Assembly: GCA_963751345.1 (NCBI GenBank)
Contig: CAVVUS010000023.1
Coordinates: 64,001-128,000 of the forward strand
DNA: 64,000 nucleotides
Direction: 5' to 3'
Origin: an uncultured Chloroflexia bacterium
GTDB taxonomy: Bacteria; Chloroflexota; Anaerolineae; B4-G1; SLSP01
The notes under the pieces were generated by a model that was not told the origin of the DNA, did not search any database, and saw nothing but the letters and a program-made list of their open reading frames with translations. Positions within the stretch are counted from its first letter, which is position 1; the number at the start of each line of letters is the position of its first letter. Shown here piece by piece: positions 11,274-21,890 of the stretch. The position numbers were made by a program, and so were the translations under genes.

Positions 11274-12353
11274 CTAGCGAACGATCACCGGCGTGCCGAC
11301 CTGGCCGTTGCTCTGGATGAAGTCGTCGTCGTACCCGCCGATGGGGTACGTCCACCGGTAGACCCAGCGAGCGGCATCGATGGAGACGTTGACGCAGCCG
11401 TGGCTGCGGCGAACGCCGAAATCGTTGTGCCAGTAGGTCCCGTGGATTGCGGTGCCGCTCAGGTCAAAGAAGGTGTTCCAGGGAACGCCGGGCAGGTCGA
11501 AGATGCCGCCTGAAGAGACCTCCTCCGGCTTCATATCGGCGTAGGGTACGTTGCTCATGTGCCGTGACGCCTGTTTGAGCAGCACGCTGTGGTCACCCAC
11601 CGGGGTTGCGAGGCCGCCGCCGAGGCCGGAGGCCACCGGCGTGGTGAAGACGACCTCGTCGCCCTCGAAGCAGGTGAGGTTCTGCGCCTCGAGATCCACC
11701 TCGATGCGTTTGTCGCCGGCGAAGGGGTGGATCGGCGCCATCTCCGCGTGAGGGATGCGGCGCATGTCCTCGGCGAGGACCCACTGGTGGTTGGTGTTCT
11801 GGCGTGGAGGATAGTCGTCGGCTACCTTGTACCAGCCGGTGCCGGTCTCGTCTCGGGTAGCCTCCACGACGTGAAAGACCGTCCCGCCGTAGAAGCGGTA
11901 CTTCTGTCCTGACGTCGTGGTCGGTGCCCTGTAGGCCACCGTATAGATCTGGGATACCTCGCCCCACAATCCAAACTCGCTGAGTGTCTCCACGAACGGC
12001 TGCTTGGGATAGACCCGGACCGGCAGGACCCAAGCGCTGTGGACGAAACCCTCGTCTGTCTGGTACCAGAGGTCATTGTGGGCGGAGAAGGGGGCGTGTA
12101 CCTCGCCGGTGATCGAAAAGGACTGGTCGCGGGTGTAGGTCGCAACGCGCTCGGAGTCCGTCGATGCATCCTGGTAGACGTATACGGTCTGAATGACGCG
12201 ACCCTGGAGCTGCCAGGCATCGTTGCCGGGGGGCTCTGGTTGCAGTGGTATCCGCGAAGGTTGGGCACTGGCCAGCAGACGCGGGGAAACGACCGCGGCG
12301 CCTGCGGTGGCCGCCATCCACTTGAGCATCTGCCGACGTGTGATCTTGGTCAT
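11274..12353 (-). CDS. Tat-exported L,D-transpeptidase (YkuD family)
   Basis: Twin-arginine signal MTKITRRQMLKW; C-terminal IEVDLEAQ, AIHGTYWH...SHGCVN catalytic motif. Confidence 0.88.
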   Translation of the reverse strand: MTKITRRQMLKWMAATAGAAVVSPRLLASAQPSRIPLQPEPPGNDAWQLQGRVIQTVYVYQDASTDSERVATYTRDQSFSITGEVHAPFSAHNDLWYQTDEGFVHSAWVLPVRVYPKQPFVETLSEFGLWGEVSQIYTVAYRAPTTTSGQKYRFYGGTVFHVVEATRDETGTGWYKVADDYPPRQNTNHQWVLAEDMRRIPHAEMAPIHPFAGDKRIEVDLEAQNLTCFEGDEVVFTTPVASGLGGGLATPVGDHSVLLKQASRHMSNVPYADMKPEEVSSGGIFDLPGVPWNTFFDLSGTAIHGTYWHNDFGVRRSHGCVNVSIDAARWVYRWTYPIGGYDDDFIQSNGQVGTPVIVR

Positions 12354-12602
12354 TGCTTGTGTCCCCCTGGAATCCAGTGTAGCACGGACGAGCCAGCGTG
12401 GCAATTGCGCAGATCGCCCTGGCCTCTTGAATGCGCGATTCTTCTGCTGTACAATAGAACAAATGATCGATCGTACAGTTCCTTAGGGTTCACTGCTCCA
12501 TCCGCACCGGGAGCGCCACCGGAAGAAAGCGCCTCCTCCCCCCGTTTTGCGAAACGAACCCATTTTCGGAACGATAGCCCCGCCCTCAGGACGGGTTGAT
12601 CC

Positions 12603-12630
12603 TTGCGCCGGAGAACGTTTGTGCTACTAT
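12603..12630 (+). promoter_or_regulatory. Putative sigma70 promoter for the ABC exporter operon
   Basis: TTGCGC-16 nt-TACTAT with an extended -10 TG. Confidence 0.4.
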
Positions 12631-12780
12631 GGAGCCACTATGGGCGTTGTACATTGAGCCTGGCGGGTGCTCTGGGCAACTATCGCTCCGGATGGGCGAT
12701 TGCCTATTGAGTTTCGCCAGATCCGTAGCACAATGGTTTTCCACGTTTCGACCAGGGGACCGGCGATAGGAGGGGGTAGC

Positions 12781-14539
12781 TTGGCAAAACGGGAGTTCAC
12801 GCTAGAGGATGAGCACCGGTACGACCGGCGGTCGGCAGTGCGCTGGATCATCTCGCACTTGCTGCGCTATCCGGTGCTGCCGCTGGTGATGCTGGCGGCC
12901 TCTATCATCAATAATGTAGCCTACGGGGGCATCCAGGTCTTCGTTGGACGGGCCTTCGACCTCATCACGCAGCCGCAGTGGACCAATCGGGCGCTGCTGG
13001 CTGTGGCCGTAAGCGTGCTGGCCTCGGCCTCGACTCAGGGCTTGATGGGGCTGGTGCGCAACTTCGCGGTATCGTTCATTGCTGAGCGCGTCGAGCGGGA
13101 TTCACGAGATGAGCTCTATGTGAGCCTTCTGGGCAAGAGTCAGACCTTCCACGGGCGCCAGCGCATCGGCGATATCATGGCTCGCGCGACCAACGATGTC
13201 AGGATGTTGAACGCTATGTTCAGCCCGGGCATCATGCTGATCACAGACTCGCTGATGGGACTGCTCATCCCGATTATCCTGATCGGAGGGCTGAACTACC
13301 GCCTTCTGCTGGTGCCGGGGATCTTCACCGTGCTCCTGGTGATTACCGTCTACGAATATAACCATAGGCTCAGACCCATCAGTACGGCGCAGCGCGAGCA
13401 GTACGGCGAGATGAATGCCCGGCTGGCGGAGTCTGTCGCGGGCATTGAGGTCGTCAAGGCGAACGCCCAGGAGACGCAGGAGTGGACCGCGTTCTCCGGC
13501 AAGGCCCGTGGTTACCGGGACCTGTTCGTCAAGCAGGGGAGCATCGAGGCCCGTTACTGGCCCATGTTGGTCTTCGGCCTCTCCTATGCCGGCTGTCATC
13601 GTGGACGGTCTGTTGCTGTGGAACCGAGGTGTCGTCACGCTTGGACAGGTCATCAGCTTCGTTGGCCTCTTCAACGCCCTGCAGTTCCCCACCTTCATCT
13701 CGATTTTCACCTTCAATTTGGTCCAGCTTGGCGTCGCCAGTGCAAAGCGCATTCTGACGCTGATCAACACCGAGACGGAGCTTGACGAGAACGCGGCTGG
13801 TATCACGAGACCGGTTTCGGGAGAGGTCGTTTTCGAGAATGTGAGCTTCAGCTACAACGGCAATCAGGTACTGAGGGATATCAGCTTCACCGTTCGGCCG
13901 GGGGAGACCGTGGCCATCGTTGGCCAGACCGGTTCGGGCAAGACGACGTTGACGCGCCTGATCAACCGCATCTTTGACGCTGACGAGGGACGCGTGCTGG
14001 TGGATGGCGTGGATGTTCGTGACTGGAGCCTGGAGTCCCTGCGATCCCAGATCTCGACCATCGAGCAGGACGTGTTTCTCTTCTCGCGGTCGATCGCCGC
14101 GAACATCGCTTTTGGCTGTGGAGATGCAACAGAACGGGAGATCGAGGAAGCCGCTCGAGAAGCCCAGGCGGATGAGTTCATCCGTGGTTTTCCCGAGGGT
14201 TATGAGACGGAGGTGGGGGAGCGCGGCGTGACCCTGTCCGGCGGGCAGCGCCAACGCATCGCCATCGCCCGTGCCTTTCTCACCGATCCGCGCATTCTCA
14301 TCCTCGATGACAGCACGAGCGCGATTGACAGTGCCACGGAGGACAGGATTCAGAAGGCTATGCGTCGCATCAGCAGCCAGCGGACGACGTTCATCATCAC
14401 GCACCGGCTAAGCCAGATCCGTTGGGCCGACCGGATCTTGGTGCTGCGTCGGGGCGCCCTGGTGGATCAGGGGACGCACGAGGAGCTGATGGGGAGGTCT
14501 GAGGCGTATCGACGGATCTTCGCGCGATATGATGTCTGA
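12781..14539 (+). CDS. ABC exporter half-transporter 1, TMD plus NBD (frameshift near 13590)
   Basis: TM domain followed by Walker A GQTGSGKT, signature LSGGQ, Walker B ILILDD (degenerate catalytic Glu), H-loop ITHR. Confidence 0.9.
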
Positions 14540-14559
14540 GGTGATGTGGGGGGTACCGT

Positions 14560-16373
14560 ATGGGTTTCATACTAGACGGCCTTGATTCTGAGAGCTACGA
14601 TCGCAACTACAGCGACCGCGACCTGCTACGTCGCATCGTCAGCTACTTCCGCCCCTATCGCTGGCGGATGCTGCTGGTAGCGGCGCTCATCCTGATCAAC
14701 TCGGCAGCGGGTACTGCGAGCCCAATCCTCGTGTCAAAGACGATCGATTTGGTTCAGCGCAATCCATCGCCGCGGGCCATCCTTTTCTCCGGACTCGGCG
14801 TCCTGGGTTTTGGGTTGGTGGCATGGGTTGCCAACTATGTGCGGCGGCTCTACTCCGCCATCATCGTCGGAGATGTGGTTCTGAAGGTGCGGGAGGATGT
14901 CTTTGCTGCGACAGTTCGACACGACCTCTCGTTCTTCAGCGAGCACGAGTCAGGCAAGATCGTTAGCCGTGTCACCTCGGACACACAGGACTTCTCCAAC
15001 GTCGTCACCTTGGTCCTGGATCTGATCAGCCAGATCCTGCTGGTGGCGATCCTGACGGTCTGGCTTGCCGACCATCAACCTGGGGCTGACTGTTATGCTC
15101 ATCGGCATCGCTCCCCTGGCGGTCCTGGTTGCCCTCGGCTTCCGACGGCTCGCCCGCAGGGTCACGCGCCAATCCCGGCGCATCAATGCCGTCATCAACT
15201 CCCAGATCCAGGAATCCATCAGCGGGATCGTGGTGGCGAAGACATTCCGCCAAGAGCACGCCATCTACGACAGTTTCCGCGACAACAACCAACGATCCTA
15301 TCGCATCGGTCTCCAGCGGGACATGACGTTCAACGCCATCTTTCCCATCCTGGGGATGTCGTCGGGCCTTGTCAGTGCCTTCTTCCTCTACGCTAGCGGG
15401 CTGGCCACACGCACCGGTATCTCGCCGGGTGATTGGTATCTCTTCATGCAGGCCGTCGGCTTCTTCTGGTGGCCGATGACGAGCATTGCCTCGTTCTGGA
15501 GCCAGTTCCAGGATGGGCTCTCCGCAGCCGAGCGCGTGTTCGCGCTGATCGATGCCGAGCCCCGCGTCGTGCAGACCGCTGACGAGCCTGTCGCAGAGGT
15601 GGAGGGGCATATCGAGTTTCATCACCTGAGGTTCGGCTACGTCGACGGTGAGATTGTGCTTCCAGACTTCTCCCTGGATATACGCCAGGGCGAGACACTG
15701 GCCTTGGTCGGGCATACGGGGGCAGGGAAGACCAGTGTCGCCCGCCTCATTCCCCGCTTCCATGAATTCCAGAGCGGGGCACTGCTGATCGATGGGCGGG
15801 ATGTCCGGAGGCTCAATCTGGAGCAGTACCGCAGGCACATTGGGATCGTTCCCCAGGAACCCTTCCTATTCTCGGGAACCGTCCGCGACAACATCCGCTA
15901 TGGCTATCCCGACGCTACCGACGATGACGTCCAGGCGGCTGCGGTGCACGTGAGCCAGGGCGACTGGATTGCTGATCTCTCCGATGGTCTGGATACCGAC
16001 GTGGGCGAGCGTGGCTCCAACCTGTCCATGGGGCAGCGGCAACTTGTGGCGCTGGCACGTGTACTCCTGAAGGATCCGGCGATCTTCATTCTGGACGAGG
16101 CCACAGCCAGCGTGGATCCCGTTCACAGAGATGCAGATCCAGGAAGGTCTTGACACGGTGATAGCTGACAGGACTGCGATCATCATCGCCCACCGCCTCT
16201 CAACGATCAAGTCCGCAGACCGTATTATTGTGATCGACCAGGGCGAGATCATCGAGGAGGGTAACCACGAGAGCCTGTTGGCCTCAGGTGGGCACTACGC
16301 GGACCTCTACAACACGTACTTCCGCCACCAGTCGTTGGCTTACGTGGAGTCGATGGGGGTTCCCGCGGAGTGA
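14560..16373 (+). CDS. ABC exporter half-transporter 2, TMD plus NBD (frameshifts near 15065 and 16120)
   Basis: Walker A GHTGAGKT, degenerate signature LSMGQ, Walker B ILDEAT, IAHRL. The pair has the asymmetric sites typical of heterodimeric multidrug exporters. Confidence 0.9.
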
Positions 16374-16407
16374 GGCGCTACGCAGTCTTGGGGTGCTACA
16401 CTGTCTC

Positions 16408-16466
16408 GAGGCGCACCGCCGTCTGAGGCGCACCGCCGTCCGAGGCGCACCGCCGTCTGAGGCGCA
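16408..16466. repeat. 17-bp tandem repeat, 3.5 copies
   Basis: gaggcgcaccgccgtct / gaggcgcaccgccgtcc / gaggcgcaccgccgtct / gaggcgca between convergent genes. Confidence 0.9.
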
Positions 16467-16496
16467 TGGCCTGAGCATCGATCCCGCGTAAAGCTC

Positions 16497-18813
16497 TCAG
16501 GGTTGCTCCGCCCGCTCGAAGGGATGCGTATCCGGTTTGGTCTCCCGTACCACGTTGTCCAGCGGCAGCCACACCACAAAGACACTGCCCTCGCCCTACG
16601 ACGCTGTCAAACGTGATCCTTCCATGGTGGAGATCGATGATCTCCTTGCTGATCGCCAAGCCCAACCCCGTGCCGGGCACTTGAAGGGTTGCGCTGGCCT
16701 GGCCACGCTCGAAGCGATGGAACAGCCGGCTGCGCTCCTCTGGGGGAATGCCAACGCCCGTGTCCTCAACCGAGACGGTGGCCCATCTCGTGCCATCGAC
16801 CTTGGCCGAACCGGTGCGCAGCCAGACCGCGCCACCCTCCGGGGTGTAGTTCATCGCATTGGTCAGCAGGTTCGTGAGCACCTGCTCCAGCAACTCGGGA
16901 TCCAGCGCGGACCAAAGCTAGCGTGGGGTCGGTCTCCACCGACAGCTTCAGCTCGTGATCGCCAAAGAGTCGTTGGCGGTCGGAGACCAGGGTCGCGACG
17001 ATCTGATTGAGGTCTATCTCGCGCTCGTTTAGCCTCACGTTGCCGAGGTCAAGGCGCGAGACCGTCAGCAGACTTTCTACGAGGTGCTGCAGTCTGGCTG
17101 TTTCGCGTGTCAGTGCTGCCACGTAGGTATGGATGCGTTCCGGCTTTCCGCGATTGGCCAGGTCGAGATAGAGCCGAATGCTGGTGAGCGGCGTTCGGAG
17201 CTCGTGGCTCACGTTGCTGACGAAGAGCGACTTGGTCCGGTCCGCGGCCTGAGCTTGCGTGAGTGCCTCCTGGAGCGCAACGGTCCTCTGCCGAACCATC
17301 TCCTCCAGCTCTTCCGCGCGCTGTTCCTGCTTCTGGTAGAGCTCCGCCGTCTCGATGGCCTGCGCTATCGCCGAGGCGGAGCTCTGGATCAACTCGACGT
17401 CCTGCGCGTTCAGCAGATTGTGACCAGGAAGCTCCATCGTCAGGATGCTCACTACGCGGTCCCGAACCGTGAGTGGCACGAATAGGAGGGTCGTGTCCCT
17501 GTCGTCCGGCAGCGATCGAACCCACACGCCCATCCGCGGGTCGGAGTAGGGAGCGTCAATGTAGAGCAGCGTCCGATATACGAGCACGTGAGCTATCGCC
17601 GGAGTGTCGAGCGGCGCCGTCGCCCCCACAAGTTTCCGAGCACCGGCATGGGCATACTCCGCCACGACGAGCGCGATCCCGCTCTGGCGGTTGACACGTG
17701 CAGCATAGACGTGGGTGAGGCCGAACGCGTAGGCGAGCTCACCACAGAGCACGCGCAACATCCGTGTGTCATCTACGGTCGTGGTGGCTGCGGTGATGAT
17801 GCGATTCAGCACCATCAACCCTCGGTGGCGGCGCTGCAGGGCCTCGTGGTCGGCCTGGCGCTGGGAAATGTCGCGCACGATGACCTGAACGTGTGCGGGC
17901 TTGTTATCTCGGCCGAGGACAAGCGTAGCGCTCAGCTCGACGGCGAAGGTCTGCCCATTCTTGGCGCGCAGCACACCCTCGTAAGCAGGCATAGCCTCCT
18001 CTGACTGCAGTGCCACGAGCGTCGTCATCTAGGTCGGTCGCGTCTTCCGATCGTAATGGTGTCGTGCATCGGCTGACCGATCAGAGCCTCGTCCGGGTAA
18101 TCGAGCATGTCAGCCAGCCGCTGGTTCACCTCAACATAGCGCCCGTCGAAATCCAAGATAGCGATACCGTCATTCGAGTGCTCCGACAGCGCACGATACC
18201 TATGATCAATCTCCGCGAGTTCCTGGCGGCGCAGCTCCTCGACCCTCGCCTTATGGTTGCGTACCAGGAGATGGATGCCACCGGCTACCATCGACAAAGG
18301 CAAACGGTCCCGTGAGTACCTCAAGCAGCGTGAAATCCGGCGCTACCAAGGGGATCAAGGCCATCGCGACGGCAAGCAGAACGACCAGGATCGCGGTGAC
18401 GCGAGGTGGGAAGAAGCCGCTCGCCAGCAGGACTGGGATCAGCGCATAGGCAAGTAGGGCCAGACTGTGCGGGTGAACGCCAAAGAGCGCAATGGCAAAG
18501 GCGGCGATCGCGCAGACAGCGATGCCAAGCCCGAACGCAATGCGGTAGTAGCGGGTCCTGCCGACAACATAGACGAGTGCCAGGGCCAAGAGGGTGGTGT
18601 TGAGGTAGGCATAGCTCACCACAACCCCGAGTCTGACCGGAAGGGCGCTGAGGCGCGCAGCACACTCGACGACAATGCGCGACGATAACTGCCAGGAGGA
18701 TGACAGCAGCAAAGGCACGCACATCGCCCTCGTCTGTGGGAGACTCCGACGGCGCAGAAGGGCGCCGTTAGCGCATCCCAGATCTTCCGGCGTGCTCTCT
18801 TGATGGCAATCAT
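16497..18813 (-). CDS. Membrane-bound PAS/GAF sensor histidine kinase (several frameshifts)
   Basis: N-terminal TM region; PAS (YRALSEHSNDGIAILDFDGRYVEVN); GAF; H-box SNVSHELRTPL; N-box EQVLTNLLTNA; G1 EDTGVGIP; G2 GTGLGLAI. Confidence 0.85.
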
Positions 18814-18848
18814 CCCCGCAGTTTATAGACGTATCCGAAGAATACACA

Positions 18849-18878
18849 AGCGCCTCAGGTGTAGCCACCTGAGGCGCT
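18849..18878 (-). terminator. Intrinsic terminator of the tRNA operon
   Basis: 13-bp stem agcgcctcaggtg-tagc-cacctgaggcgct directly after the last tRNA, with a T-rich tail on the minus strand. Confidence 0.75.
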
Positions 18879-18885
18879 GTCTGAG

Positions 18886-18959
18886 TACCCCCGACAGGAC
18901 TTGAACCTGTAACCTTCTGCTCCGCAAGCAGGCGCTCTATCCAATTGAGCTACAGGGGC
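18886..18959 (-). tRNA. tRNA-Arg(GCG), copy 2
   Basis: GCCCCTG TA GCTC AATTGGATA GAGC G CCTGC TT-GCG-GA GCAGA AGGTT ACAGG TTCAAGT CCTGT CGGGGGT A; Arg identity element A20; CCA not encoded. Confidence 0.93.
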
Positions 18960-19011
18960 GCATTCACCTGCGCTATAGCACGGACTTCGGAAGCGTGTTC
19001 GACCCTCTGAG

Positions 19012-19085
19012 TACCCCCGACAGGACTTGAACCTGTAACCTTCTGCTCCGCAAGCAGGCGCTCTATCCAATTGAGCTACAGGGGC
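19012..19085 (-). tRNA. tRNA-Arg(GCG), copy 1 (identical to copy 2)
   Basis: Same 74-nt cloverleaf; lies in an 82-bp exact repeat (18880-18961 = 19006-19087). Confidence 0.93.
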
Positions 19086-19117
19086 GCTATTTGGACAGCC
19101 GATCGACTGTCACAAGG

Positions 19118-19206
19118 CGGAGAGGCAGGGATTCGAACCCTGGGTGGAGTTTAACCCCCACAACTGCTTAGCAGGCAGCCCCAATCGTCCACTCTGGCAC
19201 CTCTCC
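19118..19206 (-). tRNA. tRNA-Ser(GCT)
   Basis: GGAGAGG acceptor stem, anticodon arm GCTGC CT-GCT-AA GCAGT, long variable arm, GGTTCGAATCC. Confidence 0.95.
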
Positions 19207-19262
19207 CTATATGCTTGTTAATGTGGGCTACCCTCTCACCCGGGCATATGGACCTTGCCTAG

Positions 19263-19349
19263 CGGAGGGAGTGGGATTCGAACCCACGGTGACCTTTCAG
19301 CCACAACGGTTTTCAAGACCGTCGCCTTCGTCCGCTCGGCCATCCCTCC
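19263..19349 (-). tRNA. tRNA-Ser(TGA)
   Basis: GGAGGGA acceptor stem, anticodon arm ACGGT CT-TGA-AA ACCGT, long variable arm, GGTTCGAATCC. Confidence 0.95.
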
Positions 19350-19369
19350 CGGGGTGCCACGCGAAAAAG

Positions 19370-19397
19370 AGTATACCACGCCACCTATCTTTGTCAA
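19370..19397 (-). promoter_or_regulatory. Sigma70 promoter of the tRNA operon
   Basis: Minus strand TTGACA-16 nt-TATACT with extended TG, 20 nt upstream of tRNA-Ser(TGA). Confidence 0.8.
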
Positions 19398-19538
19398 CGC
19401 AAGGTTGCTTTGTACTATCGATGTCAGTACAATAAAGGAGGTGAGGCAACAAGGGAAATGGGCCAGGGCTGGACTATGCGGAATCCATACGGTCTTCCCT
19501 CTCGGTGACCTGTCCCTTATCTCTTAAGGAGTTATGGC

Positions 19539-21758
19539 ATGACGACAGAACAACTCGAGACGGCCGGCGCTGACGTGTTGGTGCCGGCACCGGCCGGTGA
19601 GCCCGATGCGGTGCCGCAGACTATCGGGCTGGATGAGCCCTCGCTCTACTTCAACCGCGAACTCAGTCTCTTGAAGTTCAACTCCCGCGTGTTGGAGGAA
19701 GCCCTGGACGAAGAGCGCCACCCGCTGCTGGAGCGTGTGAAGTTCCTCTCCATCTTCTTCAACAATATGGACGAGTTCTTCATGGTGCGCGTTTCCGGTC
19801 TGCGGCGGCAGCTCGCTGCCGGCGTGGTCGAGGCGCCCCCCGACGGTATGACCCCTGCCGAGCAGCTCGCCGCGATTCGTCGTGACTTCATGCCCATCCT
19901 GGAGGAGGCTATGGCCTGCTGGCGGGATGACCTTCAGCCCAAGCTGCATGCCGAGGGCGTCAACATCCTACGGTATCGTGACCTCAGGGGCAAGCAGCGA
20001 CGGTTGATGCGCCGGCACTTCGAGCGGGAGATCTTCCCGGTGCTGACACCCCTGGCGTTCGATCCCGGACACCCGTTTCCTCACATCTCAAACCTGAGCC
20101 TCAACCTGGCAGTCGTGGTCGAGGACCCTCTCAAGCGGCGCCGGTTCGCCAGGCTCAAGATCCCCGGTGTCTTTCCGAGGTTGATCAGAATCCCGGAAGA
20201 GGATCGTGCCGAGACCTATGAGACGCTGGGGTTGGATTCGGTGGTCGACACGAATTTCGTCTGGATTGAGGAAGTCATCATCGAGAACCTCGATATGCTG
20301 TTCCCGGGGATGCGGGTCGTAGCAGCTTACCCGTTCCGGGTGACTCGCGATGCCGATCTCGAAATCGAGGAAGATGAGGCGTCTGACCTGCTGGCCTCCA
20401 TTGAGGAGAGTGTCGGGATGCGACAATTCGGGTCGGCCGTTCGGCTGGAAGTGCACCGAGCGATGCCCAGGGATATCCGCGATATCCTGCTCGACAACCT
20501 CGGGATTGCTCCCTATCTCCTGTACACCGTCGATGGGCCGATTGGCCTTTCGCACTTGATGCAGCTTACCGAGGTGAACATTCCCGAGCTCAAGGATGCT
20601 GCGTTCATTCCCTACATCTCGCGTTCGCTCTCGAGCGGCAAGAGCATCTTCGGAGCGATTCGGCGCCGCAGGAACATCCTGCTCTACCATCCCTACGACA
20701 GCTTCGCACCCGTCGTCGATTTCCTGCTCGAGGCCGCCCGGGATCCCCAGGTTCTGGCGATCAAGCAGACCCTCTATCGCGTCGGCCCGAATGCACCGGT
20801 CGTGGCGGCATTGCTGGAAGCGCGTGAGAACGGAAAGCAGGTCGCGGTACTGGTCGAGCTCAAAGCTCGCTTCGACGAGGAAAACAACATCGTCTGGGCC
20901 AAAGCTCTGGAGCGGGCGGGGGTCCACGTGATCTACGGCCTCGTGGGTCTGAAGACCCATGCCAAGGTCTGCATGGTCGTGCGGCGCGAGTACGATGGGA
21001 TGGTGCGCTACGTGCACCTAAGCACGGGGAACTACAACGCTGCAACTGCCCGCGTGTACACGGATTTGGGATACTTCACCGTCGACCAGGAGATCGGTGC
21101 CGATGTCTCCGATCTCTTCAATGCGTTGACGGGTTACTCGCGCAAACAGGAGTACCGCAAGCTTCTGGTGGCCCCCGGCGCGATGCGCGAGCAGATCGTC
21201 GCCTTGATCGACCGCGAGATCGAGGTCCACCGCAAGCACGGTAACGGCTACCTGGCCTTCAAGATGAATCAGCTCGTGGATGAGGACTCCATCCAGGCGA
21301 TTTATCGCGCCTCACGGGCCGGCGTCAAGGTCGACCTGCAGGTTCGGGGCACGTGCTGCATCCGGCCCGGCTTGCCGGGTATCAGCGACAACATCACGGT
21401 CACGTCGGTGGTGGGGCGCTTCCTGGAGCACCCGCGCATCTACTACTTCCGCAACAACGGCGAGGAGGAGATGCTATTGGGCAGTGCGGACCTGATGCCG
21501 CGAAATCTGGACCGCAGGGTCGAAACGCTCTTTCCGGTGGAGGACAAACAGCTGCTGCACGCGATTCGCGACGACATCCTTAACGTGCATCTGCGCGATA
21601 ATGTGCAGTCCTGGCAGCTACTGCCCGACGGGAGCTACGAGCGCCGCCACCTGGAGCCAGGAGAGCCGGCGCTGAACTCACAACTGTGGATGATTGAGCA
21701 CCGGGGCATCTGGGACCACGGAGATCGGGACTTACCCCTGGAGCACGCGCCGGACTGA
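19539..21758 (+). CDS. ppk1: Polyphosphate kinase 1
   Basis: YFNRELS, ERVKFLSIF, DEFFMVRV, HPFPHIS, YHPYDSF, IKQTLYR, ELKARFDEENN, KTHAK, GRFLEH, GSADLMPRNL. Confidence 0.97.
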   Translation: MTTEQLETAGADVLVPAPAGEPDAVPQTIGLDEPSLYFNRELSLLKFNSRVLEEALDEERHPLLERVKFLSIFFNNMDEFFMVRVSGLRRQLAAGVVEAPPDGMTPAEQLAAIRRDFMPILEEAMACWRDDLQPKLHAEGVNILRYRDLRGKQRRLMRRHFEREIFPVLTPLAFDPGHPFPHISNLSLNLAVVVEDPLKRRRFARLKIPGVFPRLIRIPEEDRAETYETLGLDSVVDTNFVWIEEVIIENLDMLFPGMRVVAAYPFRVTRDADLEIEEDEASDLLASIEESVGMRQFGSAVRLEVHRAMPRDIRDILLDNLGIAPYLLYTVDGPIGLSHLMQLTEVNIPELKDAAFIPYISRSLSSGKSIFGAIRRRRNILLYHPYDSFAPVVDFLLEAARDPQVLAIKQTLYRVGPNAPVVAALLEARENGKQVAVLVELKARFDEENNIVWAKALERAGVHVIYGLVGLKTHAKVCMVVRREYDGMVRYVHLSTGNYNAATARVYTDLGYFTVDQEIGADVSDLFNALTGYSRKQEYRKLLVAPGAMREQIVALIDREIEVHRKHGNGYLAFKMNQLVDEDSIQAIYRASRAGVKVDLQVRGTCCIRPGLPGISDNITVTSVVGRFLEHPRIYYFRNNGEEEMLLGSADLMPRNLDRRVETLFPVEDKQLLHAIRDDILNVHLRDNVQSWQLLPDGSYERRHLEPGEPALNSQLWMIEHRGIWDHGDRDLPLEHAPD

Positions 21759-21778
21759 GCGTCCGGTGACTGCTCTCT

Positions 21779-21868
21779 ACCTCTGAGGGTTTCTGAATCT
21801 CCGAGAGGTCTCCCGCGGGAAGTAGATTGATCAACCTTGCGAGGGTGTCCGACACCCTCGCAAGGTTG
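21779..21868. repeat. REP-like palindromes: a perfect copy at 21832-21868 and a degenerate copy at 21779-21809
   Basis: caaccttgcgagggtgtc-c-gacaccctcgcaaggttg; the same core recurs at 51878 and 61809. Confidence 0.75.
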
Positions 21869-21890
21869 GAAACCAGTCGTAAGGTTCTGG

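Noticed and set aside
12541-12595. TTTTGCGAAACGAACCCA motif within a weak inverted repeat
   Set aside because: It resembles a dispersed intergenic repeat, but there is only one copy in the window, so it cannot be supported.
16408-16466. Possible CRISPR array
   Set aside because: Units are 17 bp and directly adjacent with no spacers, and no cas genes are present.
18880-19087. tRNA duplication as attL/attR of an integrated element
   Set aside because: Both copies are full length, only 44 bp apart, and no integrase or cargo lies between them.
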